Below, piece by piece: positions 17,100-25,867 of a stretch of DNA of 64,000 bases. A program made the translations under genes and the position numbers. Position 1 is the stretch's first letter. Each line of letters begins with the position of its first letter. The notes under the pieces were generated by a model, which saw only the letters and a program-made list of their open reading frames with translations, ran no database searches and was not told the DNA's origin. Source of the stretch: an uncultured Bacillota bacterium (lineage in GTDB: Bacteria > Bacillota_I > Bacilli_A > RFN20 > CAG-288); NCBI GenBank assembly GCA_949290645.1, contig CASESG010000004.1:74821-138820 (forward strand). Direction: 5' to 3'.

Positions 17100-19331
17100 T
17101 TAGAAGTTGGAAAGAATAGAGATTTCGGTGAGAGCGACCCAATTGTCGACTTCGGCTTGGCAATAGAAGCGGAGATGATTGGTGACAATGCCCTCTTCGC
17201 CATTGAGAACGTATTTGTTCTCGAAGCTGGCCTGGTTCTTTTCCTCATCGATGGTGATGTCGCCTTCGCTCTTGCGGAGGATGTTTCCGTCCTCTTCGCC
17301 GAACTTGCCATCTGGCGTAGAATACTCGATGCGGAAGTCCTTCGGAATCTGGCCTTCATGTCCATAGTACCAGACATGGAACTCGTTGATGGTGAAGTAG
17401 CAATCCCAGTAGAAGTCGATGTAGCAGGCCGCACCGTCCTGACCGCCGGCTCCGGGCTGACGCCACGTCGACCAAGCCTTCTCGGTGCTGCCGTTATCGC
17501 CAATCAGCAGTCCGTTGTTGAGCCTTTCGACATGATGTCCGTCATTGTAGTTCCTTCCATCGTCCTGGATGGTATAGCCGTAGGGGAAGTCCGCTCCAAT
17601 CAGGTTGACCTGGGTTCCCGTCTCCGGAACGAACTCGGCCTCTTCCTCGAGGAGCAGGATCTTGACGTCGTTTCGAGTCAGCTCTGTCGAGAAGGAGAGT
17701 ACCGAAGCGATGCCCGGAAGGAGACTGGATTCGAAGGCGTAGGAATCCGGAGCGTTGATCTTCTGTCCGACGGCTTGATAGTCCTTGTTCGTTCCTTCCT
17801 CAGGAGTGAACTGGACTTCGATGGTCGAGGCATAAGGATAGTAGTGAATCTCCCCCCAGGTGGAACTGTCGACGTCTTCGCCGTTGATGCGAACGCTCTG
17901 GACAAGAGGAATCAAGGCGTCGTCCAGCTTGACGCCGTACTGCTGCTCGACGTAGATTTTGAAGTTCGTGTCCTTGCTGGACTTCTCAAAGGTCGCCTCG
18001 AAGACATAGCCTTCTTCGTCCGTCTGGACGAATTCGACGGTGTTCTCGTTGAAGAGGCCTTCGGTCGCGTTGGGAATCAGCAGGATACCTTCCGCCTGTT
18101 GCTGGAAGGTCATACGGACCTTGTAGTTCTCGCCGATGGCAACCGTGGCATAGTCTTCGGAGCTGTCGAGGATATTTCCTTCCTCGTCCATGATCTCCAA
18201 TCCGCCGATGTAGCGGTCGGTGATGTTGGCGTTGTTGTCGTCGACGGAATAGATGCGGGTGATGAAGTAGGAACGATCGTTGTCGTCGACGAAGGGCGGA
18301 CGGGCGATCTCGAGATCCTCGACGGAGACGGTCTTCTTTCCAGTCTCCTTCTCGGCATCCGTCAACGTCGAGATGGCATACGTTCCGATGGTCTCGGCCG
18401 TTCCGTCATTGGGATAGGAGTAGGCATAGCCCAGTCCTTCGTGATCCATGGCCGAAACGACGACCAGCTTGTACTCGAAGCCGTTGGCATCGGTGCCTCC
18501 AGCGACGTCGATGTCCTCGAGAGTCGCCTTGAAGTGCGTCCTTTCCGCATCGACTTCCGTCATGACGATCGCATCCTCGAAGGAGGAAGCGCCCTCATAG
18601 AAGAGCAGGAGGTCGGCGTTGATGGAGAGATACTTGTCCAATGTGACGTCGATGGTCAGCTCGGCCATCTCCGTCGCGACGTCGCGGACAAGGACGGAGA
18701 CTTCCTTCTGGACGGAGGGATTGGCCGTCGAACGGACGACGATGGTCGTCTCGCCCTTTCCGACAGCCGTGATCAAGCCATCCTTGACCGTGGCGACCTG
18801 CTCGTTTTCGCTGGTCCAGGTCAGGGACTTGTCCGTCGTGTCTTCCGGAAGGACCGTGGCCGTCAGCTGGAACGTCTGGTCCGTGAGCAGGCTCACTTCG
18901 GTGGCATTCAGCTCGATGCTGGTCGCGAGGATCGGATTGACATGGACGGCACAAGTCGCCGTCTTGCCGTTGGTCGAGGAAACGGTGATGACGGCATCGC
19001 CCGGCTTGACAGCCGTGACGACGCCATTTTCAACCGTCGCGATTTCCGGATGGTCCGAAGTCCAGGTCAGGGACTTGTCCGTCGCATCTTCCGGAAGGAT
19101 TGTGGCCGCGAGAGTCTCGCAGCCGCCGACATCCAACGTCACGGATGTCTTGTCCAGGGAGACCGAGGCGACTTCGATGACCGCCGGAGTCGTAGGAGTC
19201 GAAGTGGTGGTCGTGGTCGAGGAGGTCGTCGAACTTGGAAGGGGGGAAGAGGTTTCCGGCTCGCAGCCGGCGAGGACGAAGGTCGTCGCAAGAAGACCAA
19301 GAGTCAGAAACTTGATTTTTTTGTTTTTCAT
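17100..19331 (-). CDS. Surface lipoprotein with two BIG2 Ig-like domains and a C-terminal F5/8 type C (discoidin/CBM32-like) domain
   Basis: MKNKKIKFLTLGLLATTFVLAGC lipobox and S/T-rich tether. Two repeats of the LTWTS..P.IATV..G.VTAV..G...I type. The C-terminus ends ..NWVALTEISILSNF, as in discoidin domains. Confidence 0.8.
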   Translation of the reverse strand: MKNKKIKFLTLGLLATTFVLAGCEPETSSPLPSSTTSSTTTTTSTPTTPAVIEVASVSLDKTSVTLDVGGCETLAATILPEDATDKSLTWTSDHPEIATVENGVVTAVKPGDAVITVSSTNGKTATCAVHVNPILATSIELNATEVSLLTDQTFQLTATVLPEDTTDKSLTWTSENEQVATVKDGLITAVGKGETTIVVRSTANPSVQKEVSVLVRDVATEMAELTIDVTLDKYLSINADLLLFYEGASSFEDAIVMTEVDAERTHFKATLEDIDVAGGTDANGFEYKLVVVSAMDHEGLGYAYSYPNDGTAETIGTYAISTLTDAEKETGKKTVSVEDLEIARPPFVDDNDRSYFITRIYSVDDNNANITDRYIGGLEIMDEEGNILDSSEDYATVAIGENYKVRMTFQQQAEGILLIPNATEGLFNENTVEFVQTDEEGYVFEATFEKSSKDTNFKIYVEQQYGVKLDDALIPLVQSVRINGEDVDSSTWGEIHYYPYASTIEVQFTPEEGTNKDYQAVGQKINAPDSYAFESSLLPGIASVLSFSTELTRNDVKILLLEEEAEFVPETGTQVNLIGADFPYGYTIQDDGRNYNDGHHVERLNNGLLIGDNGSTEKAWSTWRQPGAGGQDGAACYIDFYWDCYFTINEFHVWYYGHEGQIPKDFRIEYSTPDGKFGEEDGNILRKSEGDITIDEEKNQASFENKYVLNGEEGIVTNHLRFYCQAEVDNWVALTEISILSNF

Positions 19332-19349
19332 TGTATTGTTTCCCCTCTC

Positions 19350-22300
19350 TTAATCGACGATATAGAAGCTGATGGTGTAGACCAGCTGCTGTGTACCGTC
19401 GGCAGAGGTGACGATGATGCGCGCCTGTCCGAGGGCCGAATCGACCTGCTCGACCTTGACGGAGGAGCCAAAGATTCCGTTAGCCTGGATGATCGGAGCC
19501 GTGTCCATGTTCTCGACGCCGATGCGATAGTTGAAGGTGTTGTAGTCGAAGTCCTCGAAGAGGATGCCGTCGAGCCAGACATCACCAATCATGGCTTCGG
19601 AAGAGAGATTGGAGACGATGTCGCCGAAGACCTCGACCTCGGAGACCTTGAACATGTTGTTGGATTGTCCTGGATTGTCGCCTGCATTGTGATCCACCTT
19701 CGAATTATCGATATGGAAGGTGATTCTCAGGGAGCTCGTCTGGACCGCATCGAAGGTGACGACGTTGGCCTTGGGGTCTTCGATGATGCTGTCATCATTG
19801 GAAGGAACAGAGTTGCCGACAATCGTCTCAGGATAGACGGCATTCTCGACAGGAACATACTGCACTCCGTCGAAGTAGCTGACATCGAACGTATCGGGAA
19901 GAGCCCAGGCCTTCTGCAAGTCAGACTGCTGGAGGAAGTACACGTTGAGAGAACGGACGATGGTCTCGTTGAAGTCGACCTGAATCCAGTCGTCCGTACG
20001 GATGTAGTTATGGGCTTCCCAGTTTCCCCAGCCGTTCTCGCCGCTGATACGTCCATCGGCAATCTGATCAGGGGTATGGACTCCTTCGTAATAGGAAGCG
20101 CCAGTTCCAGTGATGTTGACCTTTCCTTGAGTGAAAGATTCCTCAGGGACAATGTTGACCGTCGCAAAGACGTCAATGCGTTGGCCGTTGACCTCGGCAT
20201 AGCCCTGAACCGTGAAGTAGGTGTAGGGATCGGCATAATTGGCGGGCATGTTGTAGTCTCCGACCCAGGTGATCTCACGCTTCACGTTCGTGCCGTCACT
20301 TCCGCTGACGTAGACCTCGCTCGGGAATTCCGGAACGACGCCCGGTTTCGTGACAAGGTTGATGCTCTCGGCGCTGTACTCGACGTTGTCCGTGATGGTG
20401 ATCATGCACTTGGCCTGCGTGTTCTTGAACTCTTCGTTGGTGACGGTTCCGAAGATGAAGAAGGTATTGTTCTTGATCAGGGCGGAGTTCCTCAGGGCTT
20501 CCGTATCCCAGGTGACGTCTCCGGAGAGTCCCGTCTGTCCGTCGCTGGAATAGATGCTGACCTTGGCCGGGAGCATTTCGCGGAGCTCGTCGATCGTCGA
20601 TCCGCTCCTGATGGAGATGGAGAGCGTCTCGGCCGCATAGTTGACGACCTGGCTGCCCGTCGTGGTAGTGAAGACCGTGGTCTCCGCCGGAGCAAGGCCG
20701 TTTCCTTGGGCCGTCAGGGTGAAGCTTCCCTCTTCCTGGGTGGACTTGACGATGACGAGGGCCTTTCCGTTGAAGGCGCTTCTCGTCCACGTCTCGCCTT
20801 CGAAGTACTTGTATCTCTCCTTGCCGTAGGCGTCGCCGTTGTCGACGCCGACGATCTCGCCGTCGCCCTTGATGGAGAAGGTCATGGTGTCCATGGCGTT
20901 GGGGTTGATGTGTCCTTCCGCATCGGTGACATCGACCTCGATGTAGGAGAGGTCGTGTCCGTCGGCACGGATGGATCTCTTCTCCGGAGTGAGGCGGATG
21001 GCCTCAGAGCCGTTGGAGTGGGCGACAACATCCGTCGCGATCGGCTTGGTCGCATCCTCTCCTTCGAGAACGACTTCATCGCTGGGGACGTCATAGGCAT
21101 AGGCATGGACGTCGTGTCCTTCCAGGACCGACCAGTCGATCTGGAAGATCTGATAGAGCTTGTCCGAATACTGGCTCGGATTGCCCATCGGCTCCTGGAG
21201 ACGGAGCATCGGGTTTTTGCTCTGAGCCTGGTTCCAATCCTTGAATCCGATCTCCTGCTCGACGCCGTCGTCATCGACATAGGTCAGACGGACCGAGGAA
21301 GCGTTGGAGGAGACCCAAAGCTCGACCGTCTCGCCGTCGTGATTGGTCGTGATCTGACGACGGAGGTTGTCATCCTCGAGGTTGACGTGGTTGACGACCT
21401 TGACGAAGGGTTCGTCCTCCATCTTGACCCACTGGGACTTCAGCATGTAGAACTCGGCCTTCTCGAATCCGGCCGTGTCGACAGAGCCGTAGTACGAGGA
21501 CTTCGAGGGATCCGAGCCTCCGTCGAAGGGCTGCGGCTCGCCGATGTAGTCGAAGCCCGTCCAGATGTACTCGCCAAGGACGTGCTGCCTGTCACGGTCG
21601 GCGACCCACTCGTCCCTCATCGTGTGGAAGTGGTTGTCGTAGTCGAGGGAAGACTTCTGGTTCTTGACGCCCTCGATGCTTCCCCAGTCGTTGCGGAAGT
21701 ATCCTCTCGACTTCCAGGCCGAGGAGGATTCGGAGTTGAAGACAATCCAGTTGTAATTGTTGTGGCTGTCGTCGTAGTCCTCGTTTTTGAGCGAAGGATA
21801 GTTGAAGCCGACGATGTCCAAAAGGTTGGCGACCTGCCACTGAAGGGTGTCCTTGCGACGGGTATTGGTGCCATCGCCGCCCCACATCGGGAAGCCCATC
21901 GTGACCGGCGTATCCGGATCGTTGGTACGGATTTCATCAATCATCTCCTGGGCATACTTCGGATAGTTGTTGTTATAGCCGGAAATCTCGTTACCGATTG
22001 AATACATGATGAGAGAAGGACAGTTGCGATCTCTTCTGGAGGTCATGCGGATGTCGTAGTTGTGCCAGACATCCCCCTCCTCGACCAGAGGGTGATTCTC
22101 GTCCGTCGGGACTTCGACGTTGAACCAGTTGTGGTAGTCGTCCGTGTTCTTGGAACCGGTCCAGGTGTCGAAGAACTCCTCGAAGACAAGGACGCCGTTC
22201 TCATCGCAAGCCCGCATGAAAGTCTCGGAGAAGGGGCAATGGGCCGTACGGATGGAGTTGACGCCCATCTCGTGCATGATGCGCATCTGACGGTTGACGG

Positions 22301-23483
22301 CCTCATAGTCGGCGACGTTGCCGAGGGCACCCTGGTCCGGATGCATGCAGGCTCCGTAGAGCTTGACGTAGCGGCCGTTGAGGTAATAGCCGTCGTTGAG
22401 GGTGAAGACGGACTTCTTGTATCCGTAACGCGTGATGGTCGAATCGATGATTTCGCCCGTCTCGACGTTGATCAGTTCGGTCTTGATGTTGTAAAGGTAG
22501 GGATCGTTGATGTCCCAGAGGTGGATGGTCGGCATCATGTAGGTGAAGGTGATGGTCTTGTAGTCGTTGGCCGCAAGCTCCACCTCATCGGACTCGAAGT
22601 TGGTCGCGCCTTCGATCGGCTCGCCCGTGCGATAGTCCGTGACCGAGACCCTGGCCTTGACACGGATCGGCGTGCTGGAGGTGTTGCGAGCCTCGATGTG
22701 CGCCGTGGTCTCGACGTTCTCGGTCTTCGGGGCGGCCGTGGCGATCGCCAAAGCGTTCTCACCTTTCTGGATCGGGCTGTTGGCACCGGCACCGTCGATG
22801 GAGCCTTCCAGCTCGTTGGTGAAGTAGACGCCGTCTCTCTCGAGATGGGTCGGATTCTCGAAGGAGAGCGTCACGTCGCGGTTGATGCCCGCGCCCGCAT
22901 ACCAACGGGAGGAATTGTGTCCGTTGCCAAGCGGAGAGTTGACACGGACGGCGATGGTATTGACTTCATCATAATGGAGGAAGGGCGTAATGTCGTAAGA
23001 GAAAGGAATGTATCCGTAGGGATAGTTTCCGATGTGGACGCCATTGACATAGACGTCCGAATCCATGTAGACGCCGTCGAAGTTGATGAAGACCTTCTTG
23101 CCCTGGGTCTCGGCTCCCAAGGTGAACTGCTTGCGATACCAGGCCTGTCCTGCCGGAAGCATGCCCATGGCCGGAGGGATGTTGGCGTCGAAGTCCTGCT
23201 CGATCGACCAGTCGTGCGGGAGGGAGACCTCTCTCCACGAGGCATCGTCATAGGCTTCGCGCGCTTCGTCAGCCGTACCGGAATCGCCCAGCTGGAACTT
23301 CCAATCGAAGTTGAAGTCGATGTCGGTGAAGTCTTCCGCCGGAGTGTACGTCGGGACGCCGTCGTCTGCCAGCTTCGACAAACCGACCCCGATTTCCTGC
23401 ATGCCATCCTTGCCGACAAAGGAAATGGACATGACGGTGATCAGAGCCGGAAGAAGAAAGATGGACTTGCGCTTTAGGCTCAT
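19350..23483 (-). CDS. Glycoside hydrolase family 2 (beta-galactosidase-like) multidomain enzyme, ~1377 aa
   Basis: Start moved to ATG 23483 (AAGGAGG RBS, signal-anchor MSLKRKSIFLLPALI). The GH2 N-terminal block WREVSLPHDWSIEQDF and a TIM-barrel region. C-terminal Ig-like, discoidin-like (..MFKVSEVEVFG) and beta-sandwich modules. Confidence 0.88.
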   Translation of the reverse strand: MSLKRKSIFLLPALITVMSISFVGKDGMQEIGVGLSKLADDGVPTYTPAEDFTDIDFNFDWKFQLGDSGTADEAREAYDDASWREVSLPHDWSIEQDFDANIPPAMGMLPAGQAWYRKQFTLGAETQGKKVFINFDGVYMDSDVYVNGVHIGNYPYGYIPFSYDITPFLHYDEVNTIAVRVNSPLGNGHNSSRWYAGAGINRDVTLSFENPTHLERDGVYFTNELEGSIDGAGANSPIQKGENALAIATAAPKTENVETTAHIEARNTSSTPIRVKARVSVTDYRTGEPIEGATNFESDEVELAANDYKTITFTYMMPTIHLWDINDPYLYNIKTELINVETGEIIDSTITRYGYKKSVFTLNDGYYLNGRYVKLYGACMHPDQGALGNVADYEAVNRQMRIMHEMGVNSIRTAHCPFSETFMRACDENGVLVFEEFFDTWTGSKNTDDYHNWFNVEVPTDENHPLVEEGDVWHNYDIRMTSRRDRNCPSLIMYSIGNEISGYNNNYPKYAQEMIDEIRTNDPDTPVTMGFPMWGGDGTNTRRKDTLQWQVANLLDIVGFNYPSLKNEDYDDSHNNYNWIVFNSESSSAWKSRGYFRNDWGSIEGVKNQKSSLDYDNHFHTMRDEWVADRDRQHVLGEYIWTGFDYIGEPQPFDGGSDPSKSSYYGSVDTAGFEKAEFYMLKSQWVKMEDEPFVKVVNHVNLEDDNLRRQITTNHDGETVELWVSSNASSVRLTYVDDDGVEQEIGFKDWNQAQSKNPMLRLQEPMGNPSQYSDKLYQIFQIDWSVLEGHDVHAYAYDVPSDEVVLEGEDATKPIATDVVAHSNGSEAIRLTPEKRSIRADGHDLSYIEVDVTDAEGHINPNAMDTMTFSIKGDGEIVGVDNGDAYGKERYKYFEGETWTRSAFNGKALVIVKSTQEEGSFTLTAQGNGLAPAETTVFTTTTGSQVVNYAAETLSISIRSGSTIDELREMLPAKVSIYSSDGQTGLSGDVTWDTEALRNSALIKNNTFFIFGTVTNEEFKNTQAKCMITITDNVEYSAESINLVTKPGVVPEFPSEVYVSGSDGTNVKREITWVGDYNMPANYADPYTYFTVQGYAEVNGQRIDVFATVNIVPEESFTQGKVNITGTGASYYEGVHTPDQIADGRISGENGWGNWEAHNYIRTDDWIQVDFNETIVRSLNVYFLQQSDLQKAWALPDTFDVSYFDGVQYVPVENAVYPETIVGNSVPSNDDSIIEDPKANVVTFDAVQTSSLRITFHIDNSKVDHNAGDNPGQSNNMFKVSEVEVFGDIVSNLSSEAMIGDVWLDGILFEDFDYNTFNYRIGVENMDTAPIIQANGIFGSSVKVEQVDSALGQARIIVTSADGTQQLVYTISFYIVD

Positions 23484-23589
23484 ATTGTCCTCCTTAGAAA
23501 ATGAAAGCGATTTCTCGCCTTTCATAATTTATAGGTGAAACTTCTGAAAAAACAACCCCCCCCAGCCAATAAATTGCCTCTTCATCATT

Positions 23590-23620
23590 CGTTTTAAAAC
23601 GACATTTTCGCAAACGAAAA
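23590..23620. promoter_or_regulatory. Two palindromic candidate operator sites upstream of the GH2 operon
   Basis: CGTTTTAAAACG (23590-23601) is a perfect 12-bp palindrome. TTTTCG-CAAA-CGAAAA (23605-23620) is an inverted repeat. Both lie 107-137 nt upstream of the GH2 start. Their ACG/CGT cores resemble LacI/CcpA-family half sites. Confidence 0.35.
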
Positions 23621-23725
23621 CAGGTTGTTTTCCTGTCACATATCAAAGTTTCTTTACATCACATCGTCGCTGTAAAGAAAGAAAGGGGAGGAAAGATCGA
23701 AGGCAAGCAAAGATTGCGAATTTGT

Positions 23726-24538
23726 TCAACAAATTGTCAAAATATCACAAGCCAGGGCCGTGAGTTCCGCCGGTGCGAGCTGCCTCGCCCTCCGGGAAAG
23801 CCTTTCATCCGCTCTTTCCTTCAGAACGGACAAAGCCTTTTGATACGCGTCAAACTGTCTCAAGCAGTTTCCGATCGTCTTGTTGGGATCCTTGAAAAGC
23901 GCTTTGAAGACCGGATAGAGAACAAACGGCAGAGGATTCGTGCAGTCGAAGCGAACAAAGGCGGAATCGACTTTCGGGGACGGATCGAAGGCCGAGCGAT
24001 CGACATAGGTGACAAGGGAGAGCTTTCCGGAAGCCTTGAGGAAGGCTCCCAGAGGGCTGTTTTCCTTTCTTCCGGGCTGATAGTCGAGCTTCTCGTACAC
24101 TTCCTTCTGGACCATGAAGCCGGCGCTCTTGAATCCTTTGCACAGGAAATACTCCAATAGGCTTGAGGTGATGTTGTAGGGAAGGTTTCCGATGAAGAGG
24201 CGATTTTCCTTGCTTGAGCATTCGTCCGGATCGAAGCGGAGGAAATCCTTCTCGACGATCTGGACATCCTTCTCATCGGCAAACTGATCTCTCAGGACCT
24301 TGACCATGTCCCTGTCGGCATCGACGAGGATCAGCTTCTTCGCTTCCTTGGAGAGAGGAAGGGAGAGAGAGCCCAGCCCTGGGCCGATCTCGATCACCGT
24401 CTCATAGGAAGAGACGTCCATCCCGGAGACGATTCGTCGGATGATGCCCTCATCCACCAGGAAGTTCTGCCCGAAGGACTTCTTGGCGACAAGGCCATAT
24501 TCCTTGAGAATTTTTCTTGTTCTTTCCCTTTCACTCAT
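23726..24538 (-). CDS. rsmA: 16S rRNA (adenine1518/1519-N6)-dimethyltransferase
   Basis: KSFGQNFLVD, EIGPGLGSLS and IGNLPYNI motifs. Conserved tatD-rnmV-rsmA order. Confidence 0.95.
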   Translation of the reverse strand: MSERERTRKILKEYGLVAKKSFGQNFLVDEGIIRRIVSGMDVSSYETVIEIGPGLGSLSLPLSKEAKKLILVDADRDMVKVLRDQFADEKDVQIVEKDFLRFDPDECSSKENRLFIGNLPYNITSSLLEYFLCKGFKSAGFMVQKEVYEKLDYQPGRKENSPLGAFLKASGKLSLVTYVDRSAFDPSPKVDSAFVRFDCTNPLPFVLYPVFKALFKDPNKTIGNCLRQFDAYQKALSVLKERADERLSRRARQLAPAELTALACDILTIC

Positions 24539-25089
24539 GAGAGAACCTCCTGGATTTCCTTGGCATTGATCTGCAGCATCAAAAGGCAGTCTTCCACCTT
24601 CTTGGCCGAAGTGAAGGGGATGTGGTAGTGTGCGATCAGCTTCTCCCTCTTCTCCTTCGAACCAGGCCCGACAAGACCCAGCTTATAGAAGTCCTCTTCG
24701 TCCAGGGAGAGGTTTTCGTCGGTCAGGATGTCATGAAGGACGAAAGGACGCAGTTTCTCCTTGAGGTCGACCATCGCCATCTGGGCAATCCCGACCTTGT
24801 CCTTCTTGATGGCCTTCCTCTGCTCGACCTGGATTGTCAAAGAAGGTCCGACTTCCTGGACAAGTCTCTCCTGGATCTTTCTTCCCGGGCCGTCGGGATC
24901 GAGGATCAGGACCAGATCCCGGACCTCATAGGCCAATTTCAGGAAAGAGACGATCTCGTGCCGGATGAACTTGCCTCCCGTGGGAAGGACGAAGAGACAG
25001 CCCAGTTTCTTCAGCCGATCCTCGTCCGTGATTCCTTCGCAGACATAGAGATATCGTCTTCCGGGATGTCTGTCAGAAATGGATTCCAT
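24535..25089 (-). CDS. rnmV: Ribonuclease M5 (TOPRIM domain)
   Basis: Start moved to ATG 25089 (GGAGG RBS). VCEGITDEDRLKKLG and ILDPDGPGRKI TOPRIM motifs. Located between tatD and rsmA. Confidence 0.85.
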   Translation of the reverse strand: MESISDRHPGRRYLYVCEGITDEDRLKKLGCLFVLPTGGKFIRHEIVSFLKLAYEVRDLVLILDPDGPGRKIQERLVQEVGPSLTIQVEQRKAIKKDKVGIAQMAMVDLKEKLRPFVLHDILTDENLSLDEEDFYKLGLVGPGSKEKREKLIAHYHIPFTSAKKVEDCLLMLQINAKEIQEVLS

Positions 25090-25867
25090 AGAATTCCTCC
25101 GCATTCTCAAATAGGGCATTTGCGATCGTCTCTTCTTCTTCCCCCCTCAAACGGGCGATCTCCTTGAGGACAAGAGGGAGATAGGAAGGTTCGTTTCTCT
25201 CCCCTCGGTGTGGGGTGGGTGCCAGATAGGGGGCATCCGTCTCCGAAAGCAAGGAAGAAAGCGGAGCCTTCTGGACCACTTCCTTGATCACTCTGGCGTT
25301 CTTGAAGGTCAAGACGCCTCCGATTCCGATGAAGAAGCGAATCGGAAGGCGAAGATATTCCTGCATCAATTCCCAGGATCCGGAATAGCAGTGCAGATCG
25401 ACCCTTTCCGGAAGTTCCTTTTTGATGATCTCAAAGGTGTCCCGATCGGCATCCCGGCTGTGGACGACAACGGGAAGGGAGAGTCCCTTGGCAAGATAGA
25501 TCTGCTTGACGAAGTATTCCTTCTGCTTCTTCTTGGTCTCCTCTTCCTTATCATAATGGTAGTCCAGGCCGATCTCTCCGATGGCAAGGATCTCCTCTTT
25601 GTGATCCTTGATGAAAGACATCGCCCTATCAAGATAGTCCTCTCCCCTGTTTGCGAATTCCGGATGGATGCCCAAGGCCGAATGATAGAAGGATGGTCTC
25701 TTCTTGGACAGGAGAAGGATCTTCTCGAAGACCTCAAGGCTGTCGGCATTGTTGACCACGGAAAAGACATGGGAGAGAAGGGCTCTTTCCTGCACCGACT
25801 CTCGGTCTTTCTCAAAGCTCTCGTCATAGAGATGCGTATGCGTATCGATGATTTTCATGATTCTCAT
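25073..25867 (-). CDS. tatD: TatD family metal-dependent hydrolase
   Basis: IDTHTHL, EIGLDYHY, VVHSRDA and ETDAPYL motifs. ATGA overlap with the mnmE stop. Confidence 0.92.
   Translation of the reverse strand: MRIMKIIDTHTHLYDESFEKDRESVQERALLSHVFSVVNNADSLEVFEKILLLSKKRPSFYHSALGIHPEFANRGEDYLDRAMSFIKDHKEEILAIGEIGLDYHYDKEEETKKKQKEYFVKQIYLAKGLSLPVVVHSRDADRDTFEIIKKELPERVDLHCYSGSWELMQEYLRLPIRFFIGIGGVLTFKNARVIKEVVQKAPLSSLLSETDAPYLAPTPHRGERNEPSYLPLVLKEIARLRGEEEETIANALFENAEEFYGIHF

Noticed and set aside
17094-22001. 1635-aa ORF on the plus strand
   Set aside because: It lies exactly antisense, codon-aligned, to the well-supported lipoprotein and GH2 genes. The translation is low-complexity (D/G/V/R/L-rich) with no motifs. 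Avoidance of TTA/CTA/TCA codons in the sense genes explains it.
23719-23735. Perfect 8+1+8 palindrome AATTTGTTCAACAAATT centred on the rsmA stop codon
   Set aside because: A 1-nt loop cannot form a normal terminator hairpin, and no T tract follows. It may be coincidental or a protein-binding site, but I have no supporting evidence.
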